From the NCBI GenBank assembly GCA_951406725.2, contig OX597816.1, forward strand, positions 71,734,001 to 71,798,000: DNA of 64,000 nt, given 5' to 3'. The notes under the pieces are model-generated. The model saw only the letters and a program-made list of their open reading frames with translations, searched no databases and was not told where the DNA came from. The position numbers and the translations under genes were made by a program. The stretch is from Octopus vulgaris. Its lineage: Eukaryota. Below, in pieces: positions 12,348 to 25,860 of the stretch; the stretch's first letter is position 1; the number at the start of each line of letters is the position of its first letter.

Positions 12348-12420
12348 TATAATTATGCAACCTAAATACGATAAGTATGAAAGCCTAACAGCAATACATA
12401 AAGTAAAGAGTAATAAAAGG

Positions 12421-12753
12421 TAAAGACCCCCTTCGGTCATGAATGGCCATGGGATTACACCTAGAAATTTCCCTCCGAGGTACAAGTCTGGGCAAGAATG
12501 TTTATGGAAGATTACCAGTCAGCCATGCATACCAGCCTTCCCTCTCCATGCCACCGATGTTATCCAAAGGAAAGGCTGATACAGCTTGGCACCAGTGATG
12601 TCGCAACTTTTTTCCACTGCTAAGTGAACTGGTGCAACATGAAAAAGTAAAGTGTCTTGCTTAAGAATACAACACACGGCTCGGTCCGGGAATCGAACTC
12701 ACAACCTCGCGATTGGGAACCCGGTTTGCTAACTACTGAGTTATGCGCCCTCA
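12421..12753 (-). mobile_element. SINE-C (tRNA-headed)
   Basis: Minus-strand head gagggcgcataactcagtagttagc...gagttcgattcccggacc; homologous to 59376-59630. Confidence 0.8.
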
Positions 12754-13610
12754 CAACCTAAATTCCCTCATCCTCGTTTATCACAGCTGTTTTGTTCCTA
12801 AACAACACTGTGTTAAATGAACCAATGATAAATGACGGGGAAACAATTATTTTGATTCTGTCACCCCCAAGGTTGCACTGCAGCTTACACAATATCTCCA
12901 GATAGTTTTAAAGCACACATAATGATATTGATTCATGGCTGGCATAATATTCAGACCAAAATTTAGTATGTTCAGTGAATAATAACAAGGATAACAGTGA
13001 AAAATATGTTGATACGTACGTGTGTGTTCGTCCAAATATTAAATACGTAGACTCGTAGCACAGTGACGTAGACACGGGCGATTGTGAATACATTATGGGC
13101 ATCTGAGCATTGTATATGGTCGCTGGAGCACGATTTTGGAGTCTGAGCAGAATAGTTGACTGACCGATTTATCACAAATGAGTTCGTAATGCGTAACACG
13201 ATTCACAATTGAGCGTGTTATCTTGGATCCGTGATGACTGAAGCAACGATGAACGAGGATAGATGTACTGTAAATATGGGAATGTGAATAATCATCCCCC
13301 CCACCCATGCTTTAAAAAAAATACCATTATTCATGCTTCGTCAGTCTGGTACTTTCATTCACTCAAATTAATTTAATCGGCGGTTTTGATTGTTTAACCC
13401 TAAATCATCACTGATCCAGCATACCTATGGTTAAAAGCGATCTTGCCATGGCCATCCCGTATTAACTTTTATCAGAAACAATATGCACATAGTCAGACTA
13501 ATTATCCAATGTGCCCTCTTCTCATGAAGACAATACAAAGATTTTATTATTTCTAGCAAGCAGAGCGCTCAAATTATTGTTGTAGTTGCTTATCTGCATT
13601 TTGGATGGGT

Positions 13611-13996
13611 CAACGACATGGTCCTGATTTCCGGGTTCAGTCCCATTGGAAGCACCTTGAGCAAAGTCTTCTACAGCCTCGGGCCGACCAAAGATTTGCG
13701 AGTGAAATTGATAGACGGAAACTGAAAGAAACCTGTCATATACAATGTGTGCGCATGCGTGCGTGTGTATGCGTCTGTATGTGTGTGTGTGTCTTTGTGT
13801 CTGTGTTTATCCCCCCACCACCATCGCGTGACATGTTAATGTGTTTACGTCCCCTTAACTTAGCGGAATAAGTACTAGGCTTACAAAGAATAAGTCCTAG
13901 GGTCGGTTTGTTCGACTAAAAATTAAAGAAAACATCCTAGGCAGTGCTCCAGCATGGACGCACTCAAATTACTGAAACAAGTAGAAGAATAAAAGA
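13611..13996 (+). mobile_element. SINE-B, degenerate
   Basis: ccgggttcagtccc..gcaccttgagcaa..gacggaaactgaaagaa..aagtactaggcttacaaagaataag..ctgaaacaagt. Confidence 0.8.
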
Positions 13997-14280
13997 ATTA
14001 CTATCTCGAGCGCTAGGACTCTTTACTCTGTTTCTACGGTATATAAGTGACCGAGATCAAAACATTTTTTCTGAACGGGATGCGGGCTGGTTACAGGGTT
14101 ACTCATTTACAACTGGTAAACCTGGAGCAACGTAAAATAAATCGTTTTGCTTAAGAACACAACGTGTTGCCCAAAACCACGATTGCAAGATCGTGAGTAC
14201 AACACCCTAACCACTAAACAATGTACCATCACGATCATGATGAACCCCTTCATTAATTCTCAATATCTGGCTCTTGGTAG

Positions 14281-14493
14281 GGCGGCGCGCTAGCAGAGTC
14301 ATTAGCAAGCCGAACAAAATGCTTATCGGCGTTTCGTCCGTCTTTAAATTCTGAGTTCAAATTCCGCCGATGTGCTACTTTGCCGTTCATCCTTTCGGGG
14401 TTGATAAATTAAGTACCAGTTGAGCACTGGAGTTAATGTAATTGACTTAACCCTCCCCTAAGAAATCGCTGGACTTGTGCCAGAGTCTGGAAC
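14281..14493 (+). mobile_element. SINE-A (tail C) with 18-bp TSD
   Basis: caatatctggctc(t/c)tggt at 14261-14278 and 14494-14511. Confidence 0.88.
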
Positions 14494-14702
14494 CAATATC
14501 TGGCTCCTGGTTTTATAATTTAAAAGGCCGGCTTGCACAAAAAAACAATAGAAAGAAAAACAAAAAAAGACAAAGACTCATAAATAAAGCACTGTAATAG
14601 GAAAAAATGGGCATTAGTTGACGTAGGAAAGAAATGTGGGTTCGATTCCCACGCGTACTAATGTGCATTTTTTTTCCGTTATAGGTATATATATCTAACA
14701 TT

Positions 14703-14915
14703 CTTTTCTACTCTAGGCACAAGGCCCGAAATTTTGGATGAGGGGGCCAGTCGATTAGATCGACCCCATTACGCAACTGGTACTTAATTTATCGACCTCG
14801 AAAGGATGAAAGGCAAAGTCGACCTCAGCGGAATTTGAACTCAGAACGTAATGACAGGCGAAAAACCGTCGAGCATTTCGCCCGGCATGCTAACGTTTCT
14901 GCCAGCTCGCCGCCT
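14703..14915 (-). mobile_element. SINE-A (tail B)
   Basis: Full head and core; imperfect TSD tatatatatctaacatt / tatatatacctaatatt. Confidence 0.9.
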
Positions 14916-15719
14916 TTATATATACCTAATATTAAACTATTTTCTAAGGTCAATATACGGTGAAAGCATATAATTCTATTTACAAAATTGCACTTCCCAC
15001 CGTTTCCTAATTCACGCAGAAGTCGCACGTTTACAAGAATTCAAAATTCTAGTAAACTAGATGTTCTGCCGCTCCCTTCCTTTTCGTGGCATCGCGTCTC
15101 ACCTTCACGTCTTCATACGCCGTAACTTTGCGACTAAAATTATTGCTCTTCAACTTGCTTTCTTGCATACCGTAAATTCCCAGTTTCGTGTTGAGGTAAT
15201 TAAAGGTAGTCAGTAAAATACAAACATAACCCTTAAAAAGTACGTTAGGTGCTTAAACTTCGCATAGCAAAACTGTAATACAATCGCTTCAGGATGTATG
15301 TATCATCGTATTTATCATTCCATCTTACAAGGTGCCCGCTTCATTTTAACTGGTAGCGATGTACATGAATCTTTACATTAAGCACAGGTGTAGCTATGTG
15401 GTAAGATGTTTGCATTCCACCCATATGGTTCCTGGCTCGGTCCCAGTGTGTGGCATCTTGGGCGAGTGTCTTTTGCTATAACCCCGGGCCAACCAAGTGG
15501 TACGGAGCCGACATAAAACATCAATGGAGGTTTATAAGCCTTGTAAATTCACTCTGACACTTCCTTCAGACATAGCGTTGCGGACATAGGCGTTGGTTAA
15601 TGCAGTGCAGTCGCCTAGACGTTCTGAGTTCAAACCCAGGCAAGGCGCTACGGTGAATCACAAGACACCTGAAGAAGGCTGGAGCGTACAAATCCAAAAC
15701 ATAGTGGGAAACAGCAATC

Positions 15720-16270
15720 ATGATGAGGTCACCACTCCGACTAATGCATAATATAAATATTCCGCATCTTAGACACACAGGATCGTACGGTCTTAGTTGT
15801 CCTTGAATGTATCCACAATTTACAACTCGCAGATCTCTGAGACCTTTTGATCAGGGGATTGAAATGTCTTGACCCCTAAGCTGTTACAGTACTGGGTTTT
15901 TACTCTAGATGGAGAGGGAGAGATCTTTGTTACTATACAGTGATGTCCAGTTCTGTGGGTGGTATAGCTTTCAATCCCAAGAAGGCAGCGAGCTGGCAGA
16001 AACGTTAGCATGCTGGGCGAAATGCTTAGCGGCATTTCGTCTGCCGCTACGTTCTGAGTTCAAATTCCGCCGAGGTCGACTTTGCCTTTCATCCTTTCGG
16101 GGTCGATAAATTAAGTACCAGTTACGCACTGGGGTCGATGTAATCGACTTAATCCGTTTGTCTGTCCTTGTTTGTCCTCTCTGTGTTTTGCCCCTTGTGG
16201 GCAGTAAAGAAATAGGTATAGCTTTCAATCCCAAAGTTGAATCGTAAAGATCTTTTACATATAAATATCA
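15720..16270 (-). pseudogene. CR1-like LINE RT C-terminal fragment interrupted by a SINE
   Basis: GIESYTTHRTGHHCIVTK..SRVKTQYCNSLG is homologous to the + strand copy at 16740-16870. Confidence 0.75.
15981..16214 (+). mobile_element. Young SINE-A (tail A) with perfect 20-bp TSD
   Basis: ggtatagctttcaatcccaa at 15961-15980 and 16215-16234. Confidence 0.95.
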
Positions 16271-16354
16271 CGGCATACGTTGTAATAGGTCAATTTTTTA
16301 TGTGTTCTGGAATTGGATTGCCTCAAGTTCTGTGGTTAATTTCACTCTTTATGG

Positions 16355-17121
16355 TCACCATATCAAACACGGTGCGAGATCTGGGAATTGATATGAGGAA
16401 CGACGCCGCGTTTTATGTACATATTACCAAGATGGTAGCAATGTGCAGGCGAATGACCGGATGTATTGTGTGTACTTTCAAAACAAGGGACCTGAAAACT
16501 GTGCAGGTTCTATATCCTCAGGCATCTGGACTACTGCTCTCAACTATGGTCATTCCACAGTGTCAAATTAATGGCGGAACTCGAGGCAGTTCAGAGGTGC
16601 AACACCAGAAAAATTGTATCAATGAAACAGCTGAGCTACTGAGAGAGAATGAAAGAGCTACGACTATACTCTCTGAGGTGAAGGCGGGAGAAATATGCAG
16701 TGATATACATATGGAAGAACCTAGAGGAATCGGCACCAAGCTTTGGAATCGGGAGCTGCAGCAGCCTCTGAAATGGACGTCACTGCATTGTAACAAATGT
16801 CCTACTCATCTCGTCTAGAGTGAGGACCAGGTACTGCAATAGCTTGGGATTCAAAGGCCCACAGCTATTTAATATATTGCCAAAAATCTGTGAGATCTAC
16901 ATTGAGTGGAGCGAGATGTTTTCCAGAAACAACTTGACCTCCTGCTGCGTAAGGTCCCAGATGAGCTTACATGATGAAACTCTGAAAAAAAGCGCAGCAA
17001 TATCGAACTCCTTCCTTCTCGAAATGCTAACCAATCACAGAAGAATGGTCATTGAAAGGTGAAAATATTGTTTGTGCCCTAGCATAGCCACAATCTTTGA
17101 GCTGAAACGCATAAAAGAATA
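16355..17121 (+). pseudogene. CR1-like LINE: RT C-terminus and 3' end
   Basis: VRDLGIDM..VHITKMVAMCRRMTG..TFKTRD..HLDYCSQLW..ELEAVQR..LSY*ERMKELRLYSL..IYIWK..RYCNSLGFKGPQLFNILPK across frameshifts. Confidence 0.85.
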
Positions 17122-17122
17122 G

Positions 17123-17168
<46 letters not shown>

Positions 17169-17494
17169 TAAATCAATGGATAAATATTTCGTTCACATAA
17201 AAAGCGATTTGCGAGAGAACTCAATCAATAAAAGTTAAAAGAATCAGATTTAGAGGTTTAGAGTCATAACATACAAAGATATATATATATATATATTACT
17301 AATACGAAGAGATATTGGAACATAAAATAAAATGTTGAAACGCTCACACTCGGGCGCGCACACATTGATGTATTTTATATTCATTTCAGTAAGTGCCTCT
17401 TTGTATTAACGGCTTTTATATATATATTTGTACGTATCACTCCAAATCTGATTGTTTTTACTTACATATCCAATACAAATTCATTCATATACAT

Positions 17495-17549
<55 letters not shown>

Positions 17550-18846
17550 CACGCACACACACATACACACACACACACACACACATACACACATATATAT
17601 ATATAGAGAGAGAGAGGGGTGGCGAGATGCACACATAAATACATAAATTGTATTTGTGTGATGTTTAGAGCTAAGCCCTCACAATGACGCTTTATATAAA
17701 CTACATATCTCATAATTCACGTTCTGCAATAAACTAACTCCTCACCAATAATTCCTCCTTAGAACACGAGCCAACGAAAGAACCCTTACATGATCGCCTG
17801 ACATTCTAGAAACACCGACTAAATGTATCTCCCTTAGATGACACACTTGCATTTACAAATCGTTCATCCGAAAAAAGGTTGTAAATATTTTAATCGTAGT
17901 TTTGTTCGGACAAGACCGATACAAGGCTAAGCAACAGTCACCAAAACTATAACCCTGATCAGCCTAAATATTTACATGTTATATAAGAGACACCATGACG
18001 TCACACGTCTTTTGGCTCTCATTGAACTTAACCTTATAAGATTTCAAACGAAACACACCAAAAGGTAGCTACATACACCATGGATTTATAAATATATAAT
18101 TAACTTGCGTATACAAGTGTGTCCATACCCCGAATTTGTTTCCTTATATCTTTCAGAAAAATTGATATCTTTTTTAATAAAATTTTCTACAAATGCCTTT
18201 CAGATGGTCTAAATTCTGGCTGTATCGGAATTTGTGGCGAAAAGATTTTCGGAAGGGGATGGAGATGTGTTTTGGATAATTCAGAGGAGTTGGCTTTGTG
18301 TCTTTATAACTTTTAGAAGTACTTTTTAATGAAATTTTCTACAGATACCTTTCAGACATAGTATATTACGATTATATTGGAACTTAGTGTTTCAGCGAGG
18401 GCACACAAATACATGCGAACATATATTACATACATATCTACAACAGGAAACTTGAAATCTTGAAATGTTTGTATGTGCGCCCACCAATTTCTCTTTTTTA
18501 CATTAAATTCCGATGTAGTCATAATGAACACCATGTGAATGGTATTAATAAAAAAAATTTGATTTTAAAAATACCCATTTTTCTGAAAGTTATGACGAAA
18601 CAAAAGCCGATTCGTGCTTATTTTACAAAACTTCTCTCCCTTTCCCCAGAAAAAAAAATTCACTACAAATTCCGATATAAATGGTATCTATACCATTTAT
18701 AATGACGATTATACCATACGATATTTTGTTATCTGCTTCTATGCTTATAAATATTAATGCTGTTCTGTATGTAATACATTTTATCTTGAAGCTATTGACT
18801 TTCAGTGGGTCATTATAATAATGAGCAACATGGTTAAAGAATATTC

Positions 18847-19230
18847 TTTTCTTTTCAACTCTACGCACAAGGTCCGAAATTTTGCGGGAGGAGGCCAGTC
18901 GATTAGATCGACCCCAGTACGCAACTGGTACTTAATTTATCGACCCCGAAAGGATGAAATGCAAAGTCGAGCTCAGAACATAAACTCAGACGAAATACCT
19001 ATTTCTTTACTACCCACAAGGGGCTAAACACAGAAGGGATAAAGAAGGACAGACAAATGGATTAAGTCGATTACATCGACCCCAGTGCGTAACTGGTGCT
19101 TAATTTATCGGTCCCGAAAGGATGAAAGGCAAAGTCGACCTCAGCGGAATTTGAACTCAGAACGTAACGGCAGACGAAATACGGCTACTTATTTCGCCGG
19201 GCGAGCTAACGTTTCTGCCACCTCGCCACC
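18847..19230 (-). mobile_element. SINE-A dimer (tail A then tail B)
   Basis: Same aaagaaataGGTATttcgtc junction (at ~18990-19005) as the 5021-5431 dimer. Confidence 0.9.
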
Positions 19231-19748
19231 TGAGCAGTTAGGTTGCCAGATGTTAAGGGTGATGATGTCGTAGAAACTGTCTGACAGTCATGGCTTGGTT
19301 CTTCTGCTTACGTGGCAATGTGCAGATATATGGTCTTCCAGCAAGTACCTTCTTGACCCAGGACAGCACTACCTCCTTCAGGCACTTGATGTAGGCCTCC
19401 GTGTTGAGTGTGAGGCCGCGTGGGAAGATGAATGGAGGCATAACATCGCTATCACTAGTGATCACTCTAAACACCATGACGTTGACTGATTTTTACCCCT
19501 CACGGTACATGTCCTCAGATTGACACACAAACACTCTGAAATGTTCGTATTGGAGCTTCTGGCGAGAATGCCAAACAGTACAGCATGTCGTTTCCAAATT
19601 TCTGGCAGAGTGAATTGCGTCATGGTGGTGGTTTTCTCACAGACAGTACCCAACTGACCCTACCATACTGTGTAGTCGACAAAATCAAAAACAAACAATG
19701 CGCATGCGCGGAATTAAAAATATAAAAAGGCGACAATTTACCCACTGC
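19231..19748 (-). mobile_element. Internally deleted mariner/maT-like transposon
   Basis: Start MTQFTLPEIWKRHAVL.. fused to VMVFRVITSDSDVMPPFIFPRGLTLNTEAYIKCLKEVVLSWVKKVLAGRPY..IWQPNCS; terminus cagtgggtaaattgtcgcc near 19748. Confidence 0.8.
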
Positions 19749-19759
19749 AACTTGTGTGG

Positions 19760-20503
19760 CGTACGTACACTTTGGTCTCTTATATGTAAGTATATATTTT
19801 TCTAAATCTTGTACGATTCTATTTCTATCTATCAGCCCTTTCACGCTTATTCGTTCATTCCACTCTTCGTTCTTTCGTTCCCCCTCTCTCACATTTCTTT
19901 GCCTTCTCTTCTTGTTCACTTTCTCTCCACTTTTCACTTCACTGTGTCCCTGTCATTTTTTCTCGCCCCCCCCCTTAATTCTTCTGTCACTCTGCCTCTA
20001 CCTCTCTCTCTTCTCTTCCCACGTGACCGGCGTTCGGCCAAACCTCATCTTCCTTTCTTGGTCTGGCCGTTGTCCGTGCAACATCGATATTCCTCCTTTT
20101 GCCTGTGAAATCTTGTATCCCTGTCGTAAGCCTTCATTTCCACACACGCCAGCTTAATTTAATTCGTCCTTAGTCGAAAGACACCTGTTGTTATGTCCTG
20201 TTATTATTGTATTTGTGTAACATTGTCCGTTTTTTCCGTCCTTGTTTTTATATATATTCGCTGCTTTCTTCCAAGGAATCTAATGCTCTTAGCTTAGTTT
20301 TTCCTTGGGGATGGCCAGATTGGAGCAATTTCGAGTATAATCAGCCGAAATTGCGAAGATAATCTGGAACTCGACTGAGCAAAGAAAGCTTCGAATGACC
20401 CGTCCTTGTTTTCTTTGTATCGTCTATCTGGGTGTTTTATCGTCCCAGTTTTGTATCACCTAACTGTCCAGATGTTTGCGTTCTTGTCCCATATTGTATT
20501 ATA
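19760..20503 (+). repeat. Pyrimidine-rich dispersed repeat, possibly a PLE 3' region
   Basis: Composition and T-rich tail resemble the PLE termini elsewhere in the window; no coding evidence. Confidence 0.3.
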
Positions 20504-20921
20504 CCCCCCCCCCCACACACACACACACACACAAACAAACAATGATAAAAAGTCAAGGCATGACCGCAATCTACTGACTGAAACAAATAAAAGTCATGTG
20601 TGTGTTAGTGTGTGCACTGCACAACTGTCTATGTATGTTTTATGCATGCAAAACTAGTCACAGGTATATGTATATATTCTGTAATACAATTCAGTTTTAA
20701 AATACAACGCTAGTAATGCATTAGGGATGTATATGTGTGCGTGTATATGTATGCGAGTGCGCGTACGTATTTTCGTGTATGTGTATGCGTGCGTGTGTGT
20801 GCGTGTGTGTGTTTGTTCTGTACAGTAGATAAGCTTTTGCACCTCGTGAATGCCAATGTCATCAACAAAAACCTTCCATCTGTAATTCACCTGCGTGTCT
20901 TAAAACGGAAAGACCAAAATA

Positions 20922-21925
<1,004 letters not shown>

Positions 21926-22370
21926 TATCTAAGCATAAGTAGAAGTGAAAGTTAAAACAACAACAAAAAAGAGAGAGAGAGAGAGAGAAGGACGAAAACG
22001 TGATTGATAGCTCGTTGTTTAGCTGGCTGGCTGGCTGGTTTGGTGCTATATCTTCATGTCTTACAGTTAAAAGAAATCTGTGATGATAGCATCTCATTCT
22101 TGTATTATTTCGAAATGGATTCCTTGCTACATACAGCTGCCAAATCACATTTTCCTTGTTTCTCCTTTTCGGTATTTCCTCTCCGGCATTAACGTCTTTC
22201 TTTCTTTCTTTCTTCCTTTCGTTCTTCCCTTGACTCTGTTCCTTTCACTGTTTCACCATTTCTTTCCTTCTTTTCTTTACTTCTTTTTTTCCTATCTTTC
22301 ATTCATTTTTTTCTCTCAACACAATACTTCTTTTTTCATGTGTGTGTGTATGTATATATATGTATGTATG

Positions 22371-22512
<142 letters not shown>

Positions 22513-22518
22513 CATATG

Positions 22519-22549
<31 letters not shown>

Positions 22550-22555
22550 GTATAC

Positions 22556-22777
22556 ACCGGAGTAAACACATAAATGTGAAACAAGGTGGAAAAAAAAGAG
22601 TACTCAAATACCAGTGGTAGAGTAATATGCTTTATTTAAAGCAGCAGAAAATTCAACGAAACCTGTTACTCTGAGTTTCCCGTTGCCGTTCATCGGACAG
22701 AAGAAACTGTCCGATGAACGGCAACGGGAAACTCAGAGTAACAGGTTTTGTTGAATTTTCTGCTGCTTTAAATAAAG
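22556..22777. mobile_element. PLE-like terminal repeat with inverted duplication, embedded in (TA)n
   Basis: Minus-strand unit 22556-22700 plus its inverted partial copy 22707-22777; both flanks are (TA)n. Confidence 0.65.
22707..22744 (+). ncRNA. Minimal type I hammerhead ribozyme-like motif (mirror copy at 22663-22700, minus strand)
   Basis: CUGU-CCGAUGA-ACG(GCAA)CGG-GAAA-CUC(A)GAG-UA|ACAG: stems I/II/III and GUA triplet; non-canonical C at position 4 and an A.G pair at the base of stem II. Confidence 0.6.
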
Positions 22778-22816
<39 letters not shown>

Positions 22817-22819
22817 ATA

Positions 22820-22879
<60 letters not shown>

Positions 22880-22884
22880 TATAT

Positions 22885-22930
<46 letters not shown>

Positions 22931-23541
22931 ATATATATATATGTGTGTGTGTGTATATTTATATATATATATATATGTGTATATATATGTATGTGTGCAT
23001 AAGTGTGAATACGCATGTGTGTGTTGTGTATGTGAGTGTGAGTGTGTATCTCTGCGTGTGTGTGTTTGTATCTCTGCGTGTGTGTGTGTGTGTATCTGTG
23101 CATGTATGTGTGTGTGTGTTTGTGTGTGTATGAATGTGTGTATGTGTTTCTGTTTATCAGAAACACATTTGAAGACAAATCTGTGCTAAAATTCAGTACT
23201 TCGCTCTTTTTTCTTTTTATTTATTTTTTTTTCCTTGTGTAAGGTTTAGTTTAAAACAATAACTTCCATTAATATTTCAAGAACTTCTCGTTCTTATATC
23301 TGAATGAAATGATGATAGTGATGCATTGTTGATGCGTTTTGTAGTTAGCTGCAAAAGATCATGGAAATGATACCGTATGTGATAAAATCACGATCGTCGC
23401 ATATAAACTTGTTTAACGGGGGACTCTTGGTAACATTATTTCATAGTTTATTTCACTTGTGCCGTATTGATTTCTGGTTTGTATTTTGCCATTCATAAAG
23501 TTTCTATTGGCGATGGGCGATGTTATGCTATAAATACATAT

Positions 23542-23719
23542 GGCGCATGAGTGGCTGTGTGGTAAGTAGCTTGCTTACTAACCATATGGTTCCGGATTCA
23601 GTCCCACTGCGTGGCACCTTGGGCAAGTGTCTTCTATTATAGCCTCGGGACGACCAAAGCCTCGTGGATTTGATAGACGGAAACTGAAAGAAGCTCGTGG
23701 TATATATGTACACACACAC

Positions 23720-23794
<75 letters not shown>

Positions 23795-23798
23795 CATA

Positions 23799-23850
<52 letters not shown>

Positions 23851-24073
23851 CGTATGTATATGTTTGTGTGTCTGTGTTTGTTCCCCCAACATCACTTGAC
23901 AACCGATGCTGGTGTGTTTACGTCCCCGTAACTTAGCGGTTCAGCAAGAAAGATCAATAGAATAAGTACTAGGCTTACGAAGAATAAGTCCTGGGGTCGA
24001 TTTGCTCGACTAAAGGCGGTGCTCCAGCATGGCCACAGTCACATGACTGAAACAAGGAAAAAAGAGTAAAGAG
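23542..24073 (+). mobile_element. SINE-B, full length with expanded internal (TA)n/(TG)n
   Basis: A-box-like tggctgtgtggtaag, B-box-like ggattcagtccc, body, internal microsatellite, (gagtaaa)n tail. Confidence 0.92.
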
Positions 24074-24324
24074 TATGTTAGAGAGATGATTATGTAAGTG
24101 TACACGTGCGTGTGTGTACCCATCTATGCGTGTATGATATAAAGTCGTATATCTTTACCTACTAAATGATATCATGTATTTGATATACATATACGAGACG
24201 TATATTGTTAGAGTGTAATTTCTTATCCAATACCGTCTTTGTAACAAAATCGTTGGCTTAATTGTTTTTCAATCTCAAATACGTTCGGTTTTATGCAGTT
24301 CCGGTTTACAGTATTTCAGTTACT

Positions 24325-24850
24325 ATCTTTTATTTTTTAACTGTTTCAGTTATTGGATTGCGGCCATGCTGGGGTACAGCGTTGAAGAATTTTAGTCAGA
24401 TAAACCTTCCCTGGAACTTAGCTGTTTTTTTTTAATCTGGTACTTATTCTATTGGTTTCTTTTGGCGAACCGCTATAAACAATCTAACACCAGTTGGCAA
24501 GAGGTGGAGATGGGGTGACAAACACAGACACAATAACACACATAGGCACACACATACGCATACAGACAGGCACACACACACAGACACTCACTCACACATA
24601 TACACACATACATACATACATACATACATACATACATACATACATACATACATACACACACACATACAAACATACACACATACATACCTATAGACAGACA
24701 GACATACATTAATGGGATTCTATACAGTTTCCAGCCGCCAAATTCACTTACATGATAGTGGTCGTCCAGTACTATAGTAGAAGACACCGGGACTGAAACT
24801 GAAACCTCTTGGTTGCAAAGCGAGTTTCTTAACCTCGCAGCCATGCCTGC
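24325..24850 (-). mobile_element. Degenerate SINE-B
   Basis: Tail, internal (CATA)n and head recognisable in reverse orientation. Confidence 0.75.
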
Positions 24851-25127
24851 GACTTGCCACACGATACGTAACATTAAAAAACATTTTTATCACCTTCAAA
24901 TTCTTGATAATAATATTATCATCAGCTGATTATAAACCACATCCAAAGTCGTAGATATCTCTATGAGGTCCTGAATTTGCTAGAAATATAAGCCTAATCC
25001 CCCTCAAACCACGCTCAACATTCTTTAAAATGGGAAGGGCACATTAAATAATCTGGTCTTAAAACCAGATGAGCACAGTAACTGATTGATCAATGTTGAC
25101 CTGTATGTAAACAACAGTAACATCAGT

Positions 25128-25502
25128 GGAGGCGCAATGGCCCAATGGTTAGGGCAGCGGACTCGCGGTCGGAACATCGCGGTTTCGATTTCCAGTAACA
25201 TCAGTTGTGTGTGTTTATTGAGCGAAAACACCGAAAGCTCCACGAGGCTCCGGCAGGGGTGGTGGTGACCCCTGTTGTACTTTTCGCTCCAACTTTCTCT
25301 CACTCTTTCTTCCTGTTTCTGGTCCCCGACTTCCTACGCAACCGCTGAGCCTAGATGTGCATTCATCCATCCGTCGATGCTCTCGGTGTCGGGGGTTGAC
25401 CTGCTTTCTCTTCTGTGGGTCTTACGAATAGCAAAGGACCACGTTTCGGACTTCTCCCACTCTGGGACGAAGACCGTTTCGCTCAACAAACAACAACAAC
25501 AA
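25128..25502 (+). mobile_element. tRNA-headed SINE with distinct body and (CAA)n tail
   Basis: ggaggcgcaatggcccaatggttagggcagcggac...ggtttcgatttcc head; ends cgctcaacaaacaacaac. Confidence 0.75.
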
Positions 25503-25509
25503 TATAGTA

Positions 25510-25860
25510 ATATTGGCACAAAACCAGCAAGCTCAGGGGAGGGAGAAAATCGATTACATCAACCCCAGTGCTCAACTAGTACTTATTTTTATCGATCCCA
25601 AAAGGATGAAAGGCAAAGTCGACCTTAGTAGCATTTGACTTCAGAACATAAAGACGGACAAAATGCTGCTCAGCATTTTGTCCGGCGCGTAAACGATTCT
25701 GCCGGCTTGCTGCCATAGCAATAAAGTAATATCAATGGCGGTTCTTTCATCATTTCGAGTCGATATAATAAATACCAGTTGAGCACTGAGGTCGGTGGAA
25801 TCGACTTACCCCCTCCTCCTCTCCCAAAATTGCTGGCCTGGTGTCGAAGTTTGAAATCAA
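25510..25860. mobile_element. Two divergent degenerate SINE-A copies (25510-25712 minus, 25735-25860 plus)
   Basis: Core aaggatgaaaggcaaagtcgacc in one orientation and a degenerate core plus tail in the other. Confidence 0.75.

Larger units (their letters stand above)
11433..12388. repeat. Degenerate ~24-bp minisatellite (aaatactataaatatggaaacc..) interrupted by two insertions
   Basis: Units at 11433-11495, 11820-12090 and 12350-12388. Confidence 0.75.

Noticed and set aside
15720-17121. Twin-priming inversion of one CR1-like element
   Set aside because: The two opposed fragments cover the same region and are clearly diverged, so they are independent copies.
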